Assembly: GCA_964571255.1 (NCBI GenBank)
Contig: CAZNAA010000002.1
Coordinates: 28,746-92,745, forward strand
Length of the DNA stretch: 64,000 nucleotides
Direction of reading: 5' to 3'
DNA from: an uncultured Gammaproteobacteria bacterium
Lineage (GTDB): Bacteria; Patescibacteriota; Microgenomatia; Levybacterales; UBA12049
This document shows positions 28,638 to 37,600 of this stretch, one piece after another. The position numbers were made by a program, and so were the translations under genes. The first letter of the stretch is position 1. Every line of letters starts with the position of its first letter. The notes under the pieces were generated by a model. That model had not been told where the DNA came from. It saw only the letters and a list, made by a program, of their open reading frames with translations, and did no database searches.

Positions 28638-31600
28638 ATGGAACACATAGAAAATTTTCAGTTATATTTAATTCAAAAAGGTTCTTCTCGTCCTACCGTA
28701 AAAAACTACATAGCTGATATTCGAAAGTTTATTAAGTTTCTAGAAACCACTAGCTCTTTCTCTCCAAGTGCTATCACCTCTGACTCAATTGCTGCCTATA
28801 AAACCCATCTTTCCTCCCTTCAGACCTCTCCTTCATCAATTGACAGATATCTCTCCAGTCTTCGTAAATTCACCAGTTTTTTGAGTGAAAAAAAACTTTT
28901 AGCCATTAATCCATTTCTGATTACTGAAGAAAAAGAGGTGGATATCTGGGAGTTGGGTGGATTTAAAAACGCGCTCCATACCCAGCACGTTTCTCCACTC
29001 ACCGTCAAAAATTACTTTCTAGACATCAAACAATTCCTCTCTTGGATAGAGAAAGTGGATACAAACATAACAAAAGATAACAATATCTCCCGCATCACAC
29101 CTGAAGTTGTAGAAACATATAAATCTCGCCTTCTTTCTCAAATGGAGCTCTCTCCTCTATCTGTAAATCGAAAACTTTCTTCCCTTCGAAAATACCTTTC
29201 CTATCTCTATGCAGGAGGACATCTAAATACGCTTCCTCAGATTAAAAACCAGCTAGAAGCAGAGCTTATAGATCAAAAAGGCTCAGAAGATATCATTGAA
29301 TTCCCGGTTATTACAGAAACCCCTCACACTCCTGAGGCCACACCGGTAGTTCCCTCTTCTTTTGCACCTATTCGTCTCACTAGGGCAAGTAAGAAGGGAC
29401 TCAATTACCTTTTTGATCTAGCGGTTATTACTCCTTTAGCCTCACTTTACAGTAAAGGACACATTCTTTTTAGAAAATCTCAAGGAAAAAATGGTTTATT
29501 TGAAGCAAAACAAATCAAAAAGTCTTTTGCTCTTTCCTCTTTTCTTCCAAGTAATAAGAAATTTGAAATATTCCATACCTTTATCACCAAAAATCCAAAA
29601 CAGCTGTTTAAAGGACAAATTTCCAATATCTCAAAGTCATTTTACGCTCCCCTGTCTCTCTCAACCACAGAGTTTCCCCTCCATAAAAAGATTTGGCATC
29701 ACCTACGTCATACTCGTCCAGCCTGGTATGACAAATATCACTCCTATCCACTCACTCACTACTTCCACTTTGCCGTACTCATGATTGTCATCACCATTGT
29801 GGGAACAGGCATGTACTCAGTTCTTTTTGACTCTGGAAAGAAAAACCCTGCACTCGCAGCACTGCCTACTGCCCCACCCCGTATTCTGTCCTTCCAAGGA
29901 AGGCTCACTGACTCTTCTGATAACCCCATTACGACGTACAAAAACGTCCGTTTTTCTATTTATGATGACAGCGCAGCAACTGGTTCAGGAAACCTGCTAT
30001 GGCAAGAGCTTCAAGGAGTAACGCCTGATGAAGATGGAGTTTTTTCCGTTCTAATGGGAAATACCGTTACAACGTGTGCCAACCCATTAACTGTGGCCAC
30101 GGGACCTTGTGCTATTCCCTCAACTCTTTTTACCGAGAACGCCACACTTTATTTGGGAGTAACCATTGAGAATGATAGTGAGCTAACACCTCGACAACAA
30201 GTCGCAACCGTTGCCTATGCAACTAATTCAGAAACACTCCAAGGACTTCCTCCATCAACAGCAGCAGGCGCCGCAACCAATAACGTTGTGCTGGCACTAG
30301 ACTCAAGTGGGAACTTGACCATTGGCGGAAGTGCTACCCCTACCTTCCAAGCCTCAGGAGGGCAGTTCACACTGTCAGGAACGGTACTTAAGATAACAAC
30401 AACAGCTGGAAGTAACAGTAATGTTCAAATCACTCCTGATGGACTTGGAAAAGTCGATATTCAAAAATCGATTATAAACTCTGGCGTTAATGGACCTTTG
30501 ACTACAGCTGCAGGCGCAGTCCAGGTTGATGACTTATTTGCTGTTAACGCAACCTCTTCTGGTCAATCTGCCTTCACACTCAATCAAGATGGAGCAGGAT
30601 CTCTTTTCTCTGCATCAGCATCTGGAGTCAATCGATTTGTCATTCGAAACGATGGAAATGTAGGCATTGGCTCAACAACACCAACAGCTACACTTGACGT
30701 CGTAGGAACAACGAAACTATCTAGTACCCTCACCCTTTCCTCACTCACTGCTAACGGTGGAGTTATTTACACTAACGGCTCAGGAGTTGTTGCCCAAACT
30801 GCAGTTGGATCTAGTGGCGAGTGTCTTCAATCAATTGGTGGAGGAACACCTATCTGGGGAAGCTGCACAGGAAGTAATGGGAGTAAATGGACTATTACGG
30901 CTGGTGCAATTCATCCTAATAACGTAACACTTGACGCACTTATTGGTGGAAACAGTACAGCGAGTGCTAAGTTTGGCTTTATTAACGTAGCAGGAGGAAC
31001 ACCTACTGCTACCATTTCTGGAAACCTTGCACTTGCTGTCCCAACAGGAGCAGATCCTGCTACTACCTACTCAGTTCTTAACGGAGGAACAATTAATTTT
31101 CGAACCAGTGTGGGTGGAGACAGCGGATTATCCAGCAGATTATACATTGCCAATGCAGGAAACGTTGGGATTAACTCTACATCTCCAACCAATGGCTATA
31201 TTCTTGATGCTGTAGGACGGGGAAGATTTTCAACAGGTTTATCTGTTGGAACAACAGCAACAACAAACACGGTAGAGATTGTGGGAACAGTAAATCAAGC
31301 TACTGGACAAGTAACGTTTGGAGGAAATGTTGATGCCACCTCAGGGGTTGACGTAACAGGAGCCTCACTAACTGTTGGTGGAGCTAACTTTTCTGTCACT
31401 ACTGCAGGCTTAGTCACCACAGCTGATGACGTGGCTATCAACGGAGGAGACATCACAACCAGTGGTACATCTTTCAATCTCCTTAACACAAATGCAACCT
31501 CTATTAACTTCGCCGGAGCTGCTACTGGTACTTTAGCTATTGGAAATACCTCTGGCACTACTAATCTTCTTGGTGCCAATGTTCGATTAGGAGATACCTC

Positions 31601-34600
31601 AAATGGAGTTAATATAACTAGCGCTGGTATTATTTCTGATTTGAATGGGAACGTTACGGTTCAGGATCATTTGGTTCCTCAAGCAGATGCTACGTACGAT
31701 TTAGGAACCACAGGACTCCAATGGAGAAATGCCTATGTATCTGGAAGTATTTGTTTTGCTGGAGGAACTGACTGTACCTCTTCCTTTTCTAGCTTAGGAG
31801 TTAACTACTGGAATATCACTTCAGGGACCCTGCAACCCAAAAATGCAACACTTGATCTTTTAATCGGAGGAACAGCAACAACGAGTGCTGATTTTGCCTT
31901 CATTAATGTTGATAGCGGAAATCCCACTGCTTCCATTGGTGCTAATTTAGCTATTGCTGTCCCAACTGGTGCTAATCCTGCAACCACGTATTCTGCTTTT
32001 AACGGAGGAACAATTAATTTTCGAACCAGTGTTGGTGGAGACAGCGGGGCTACGAGCAGGCTCTTTATTGCGAATAATGGAAATATTGGAATTGGAACAA
32101 CTACTCCTGGGCAAGAGTTAGATGTAAATGGCGATATTTTAGTGGGCGCTGGAAGTACTATTGATACTCGAGCTGCAGGTACTCTGACTATTGGTGGAAC
32201 TACCCAAACGGGATTAACAGTTGGAAGAACTGGCACTTCAACAGCAATTGCTGGTAACTCTTCTTCCTCAATTGACTTTGGTAACTTTGATGTAACGGCA
32301 GCAGGACTAGTGACAACAGCTGATGATGTGGCTATTAACGGAGGAGACTTAACAACCTCTGGTTCTTCTTTCAACCTTTTAAATGCTACAGCAACGAGTA
32401 TCAACTTCGCTGGTGGAGCAACAGGAACATTGGCTATTGGAAATACCTCTGGCACTACGAATCTTCTTGGTGCCAATGTTCGATTAGGAGATACCTCAAA
32501 TGGAGTTAATATAACTAGTGCTGGAATCATTACTGATTTAAATGGAAATGTGACGGTTCAAGACCATTTGGTTCCCCAAGCAGATAATACGTATGACCTT
32601 GGGACAACAACACTCCAGTGGAGAACTATTTATGCAGGAACGAGTATTTGTTTTGCTGGAGGAACTGATTGTACCTCCTCATTCTCGACTCTTGGGGTGA
32701 ATTACTGGAATCTCGCCTCAGGTACTCTTCAACCGAAGAACAGCACCCTTGATTTACTAGTTGGCGGAACAGCAACAACGAGTGCTAAGTTTGGCTTTAT
32801 TAACGTAAATAGCGGAACTCCAACCGCTACTATTTCTGGAAACCTTGCCCTTGCTGTCCCAACTGGAGCTGATCCTGCCACTACCTACTCTGCTTTTAAT
32901 GGAGGGTCAATTAATTTCAGAACCAGTGTTGGAGGAGATGCTGGGGCAACAAGTAGACTCTTTATTGCCAACCTTGGAAACGTTGGAATTGGCTCAACCA
33001 GTCCCACGCAAGCACTTGACGTTGTGGGAAACATTACTCTAAGCGGGACATCAGGACTTGCTCTTACGGGATCTGATGCTGATTTGACATTCTCAGGAAC
33101 AAGTAATCACGATATTACCGCTAGCAGTGGAACTCTTCGAATAGGAGCTGCCACTCTTACTGGAGCTCTGAATGCAAGTTCTAATACTATCACCAATGCC
33201 ACTTCCTATAACGGACTTGTTATTACTGCCAATACAGGAGTTATCACCACTGGAACATGGAATGGAACTGCAGTTGGTGCTACGTATGGAGGAACTGGAA
33301 TCAATACCAGTGGATCAACAGGAGTTCCCTATATCACAAGTGGAACCTGGAGTGTGGATACCAACGCCCTCACTGCGCCTCACGGAGGAACAGGACAAAC
33401 TATTTATGCAGTAGGAGATACCTTGTATGCCTCAAGTACTACTGCCCTATCAAAACTCACCATTGGCTCAACCGGACAAGCCTTAACTGTTTCTGGAGGC
33501 ATACCTGCCTGGGCAAATACCAATACTTCAGCATTTGGGTTGTGGGACCAAGCGAGTGGAGTGATTAACCCAAAAAACAGTACCCTTGATTTACTAGTTG
33601 GCGGTAGTGCGACAACGAGTGCTAAGTTTGGCCTTATTAATGTCAATAGTGGAACTCCAACGGCTACTATTTCTGGAAATCTTGCCATTGCTGTCCCAAC
33701 TGGATCAAACCCTGCAACCACCTACTCTGCTTTCAATGGAGGGTCAATTAACTTCAGGACTTCCGTTGGTGGAGATACTGGGGCAACGAGCAGACTATAT
33801 ATTGAAAATCTAGGTAACGTAGGAGTTGGAACAACGACACTTGATCGAAAAATGTCAGTAGCTGGAGACTTTATTGCTGGAGGAACCGGTACTGGACTCA
33901 TCATGACAGGAACAACGTTAACATCAGGCTTTTACCCAGGTGCTTCTGTTGTTGATCACGATATGATCATAAAAAACGGGACAATTAATGGAAATATCTT
34001 TTTTCAAACAGGAGCAGCTACTACGAGACTAGCAATTGATAATGTAGGCACTCTTACAGCTTCAGCCTATACAACAAATGGAGGACTTCTATATACCAAT
34101 GGCTCAGGTGTTTTTAGCCAAACTGCAGCAGGAAGCAGTGGTCAGTGTCTCCAATCCAATGGAGGTGGAGCTCCTACCTGGATCACCTGTGCAACTGGCA
34201 GTAAATGGACAATTACAGCAGGAGGAATTCATCCTAATAATGCAACACTTGATCTCTTTATCGGAGGAACTGCAACTGCTTCATCAAAATTTGCTTTTAT
34301 TAATGTCAATAGTGGAACTCCAACTTTTAGAGCCTATAACTCAACCAGTGCTCAATATCTCTCTCTTAATCATGATGGGACAGATGGAAATATTACCGCC
34401 TCAACCGGAACCATTAACATTGGACAAGGTGGAGGAACGCTTTACTTAGAAACAGATATCAAAAACGATACGACCAATTATGCAGGATTTGTTCAGATCA
34501 GTGATAAATTATTGGTTCAAGGACCAACTGAGGCGAGTGCTAATTCTCTGGCTATTTTAGATAACACAACAGCAGGTGCTGATATTTTAACTGCCTCAAG

Positions 34601-37600
34601 TGCGGGAACTACTCGGTTTGTCCTCACTGGTGTTGGAAACGTTGGGATTGGGACTAATCTTCCCCGAGCAAGCTTAGAAGTTGTGGGAGATGCGAGTGCA
34701 TCAGGATCACTCGTTTTGAGAAACGCCTCAAGTAATCAGATTGAATCCATGAATGGCTCTCCCCTTTCTTTTTGGACTTCAGTGGGTGGAGATACAGGAC
34801 TCACTGAGAGAATGAGAATAACGAGTAGTGGAAATATTGGGATTAACTCTACCTCTCCAACCACAGGCTATATTCTTGATGCTGTAGGACGGGGAAGATT
34901 TTCAACTGGTTTATCTGTTGGAACAACAGCGACAACGAATACCTTTGAGCTTGTTGGCACCATGAATCAAGCCAGTGGTCAAGTCACCTTTGGTGGGAAT
35001 GTAGATGCCACGAGTGGATTAGATATAACAGGATCCTCTCTTACTGTTGGAGGATCTAACTTTTCTGTCACTACTTCTGGTGCTGTTACTGCAGAAGACA
35101 TCGCAGTGAATGGTGGAGATATCACAACTGATGAGACTACATTTAATTTAGTGAATGCTACAGCAACGAGTATCAACTTCGCTGGTGGAGCAACAGGAAC
35201 ATTAGCCATTGGAAACACTTCTGGCACTACTAATCTTCTTGGTGCTAACATCCGATTAGGATCCAGTAGTACGGGGATTAATATCACCAGTGCTGGTATC
35301 ATCAATGACATTGATGGAAATGTAGTGGTTCAAGATCATGTAGTTCCTCAAGCCAATAATACGTATGATTTAGGAACAGCCAGCTTGCAATGGAAAGATT
35401 ATTATGGCATTGGTACTGCATATTCAGCTGATTTTAAAGATACCAATAATACTGCCTATTACCTAGATCCTGCAAGTACCACAGATTCACTTGTCATCAA
35501 TGGACAAGTACGAATTGGAGGAAGTTCAACTGGTGCTGGAGGAGTAACTCTTGAAGATAACGAACAAGAAGGAGTCCCAGGAAGTATAAAAAGTGGTGCT
35601 GGAAGAAACAATCTTTTGGCAACTGCAGGATATATCATGTCTCCATTTGGAGGATTTGGAAGATACGAAAACTACGTGAGATATTCTGAACAATTTGACA
35701 ACCAAGGATTTTGGGCTCGAAGCGGATTAAGTGTTGTTCCAGATGCCGTGCAAGGACCAAATAGTCACGATACTGCTCTAGTAACCGCTGATGTGATTAG
35801 TGATGATGGGACACCTAACGGAACACTCACTCAATCATATCCTGGGACCATAACAGGAAGTACTGTTTGGACTTTTTCTGTTTGGCTTCGAAACGTACGA
35901 GCAGCTGAATCAAGTTATCAAGCTGCCACGGGGAATGTCATTTTAAGCTTAGTAAGTAATGGAGCTGGAGCTAGTGCTGCAACGACAACGATTGCTGTCC
36001 CTTCAACTTCCTGGAAAAGATATAGTGTTACCTATACTGTCAATGGAACATCCCCCACTGCACTCATTGCTCAAATTGACTACCAAGGGGGAGCTAGTAC
36101 AGAAGTTGCAGTCTGGGGAGCACAACTTGAAAAACAAGCAGCACCAAGTGTCTATGCACAAACAACTGATAAATTTATTCCAACCGGCCGAGGCTTAGTA
36201 GCAACAGGAGTTGGCCCACATCTTCTCCAAACAGGCAACGGAGGGACAGCTACGCCTTCGGCTAGTGGCGTATTTGTAGCAGCTTCAGGGGGAGTATACC
36301 AAACAAGTCCAAACAAGAATATTTTTGAACTCTATAATAGTGATGCAAGTGCAACTAACAATACCTCAAGTATTGGCTTTTTGGCTAACAGAGCGGGAAA
36401 TACTGCTACTCAAATTGCTTCCGTTTCTGCAATTATGACTGATGCCACTGCTACTGCCTATACTGGAGCACTCTCCTTCTCGACCATGGCGAGTGCAGGA
36501 ACTGGACCAACAGAAAAACTCCGAATTACTGGAGATGGAAATGTGGGGATAGGTACTACATCAATTGGATCTAAACTCACTGTTGTCGATAACTCGACAA
36601 CATACGCTCAAAACATAGCCCAAAATAACACCTCTGGACATGGTTTATATCTTTGGACCAATAACAATTCAACTTTTGATTCAATCCTAGTCCAAAATAG
36701 CGCTTCACAAAACATACTTAACCTAAAATCAAATGGCAATTTAGGAATTGGAACAAATAGTCCGGATGAAAAACTCCATATCTCAGGATCTAGTGCTGGT
36801 GATGGAGCTCATATTGGTAATATTTATACTGGAGTCTGGGATAATAATACCGATTATGGAGTATTTGTCCATAATTCTATAAAAGCAACGTCTGGTAGCT
36901 ATGCCCTACTCCAACAATCCAACGGTGCCACTTTTCTTAACGCAGCCTCAGGCCAAGCTATTAAGTTTAGGATTAACAACTCTGATTATATGGCTCTTGA
37001 CTCTGGTGGCAATGTTGGCATTGGCACTACAGGATCTTCTTACGGAAAATTACAGGTTTCAGGCGGTGATATTGTGCTTGACGGAGCTAATACTAACGGA
37101 GGTGAATTATTTGTATCAGCAAATGGCAACGGTATTATAGGAGCATCAGTTAGAGCAAACTATGGAGATTTACTTCTTGGCTATAATCTCAGAGGTCAAG
37201 CTGGTAATGATAACTACTATACAAACTCAACAGGATCTGCAGGCTATGGAGGTATCGAGGTTGCCTACCAAGGAAGGATTAGTTTTTATGGTGCTAATGT
37301 TTCAACCACTGCAGGATCTACTGTAACACCAACAGAACGTATGCGCATTGATACGGCAGGCAATGTTGGCATAGGGACTACCACAACAAGTTCATATAAA
37401 CTTACTGTTAATGGAGGTATCCAATCACTCGACTATGGTGCTGCAGGCACGGCCAATATTATCATCGGTGATGACTCGTTTTTTACTGATATCGATACGA
37501 GCAATGCCGTGGGACTATATGGTACTAGCGATAATACAAAAGGTTGTCTAAGACTAGGCAATACCTCTGGACAGGAACTTTGTGGTAGTAGCGGAAATAT

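Noticed and set aside
28638-29230. Prophage or integrative-element integrase
   Set aside because: Only N-terminal core-binding domains are present; no catalytic R-H-R-Y domain, att repeats or phage genes, and the ORF continues into a TM and adhesin.
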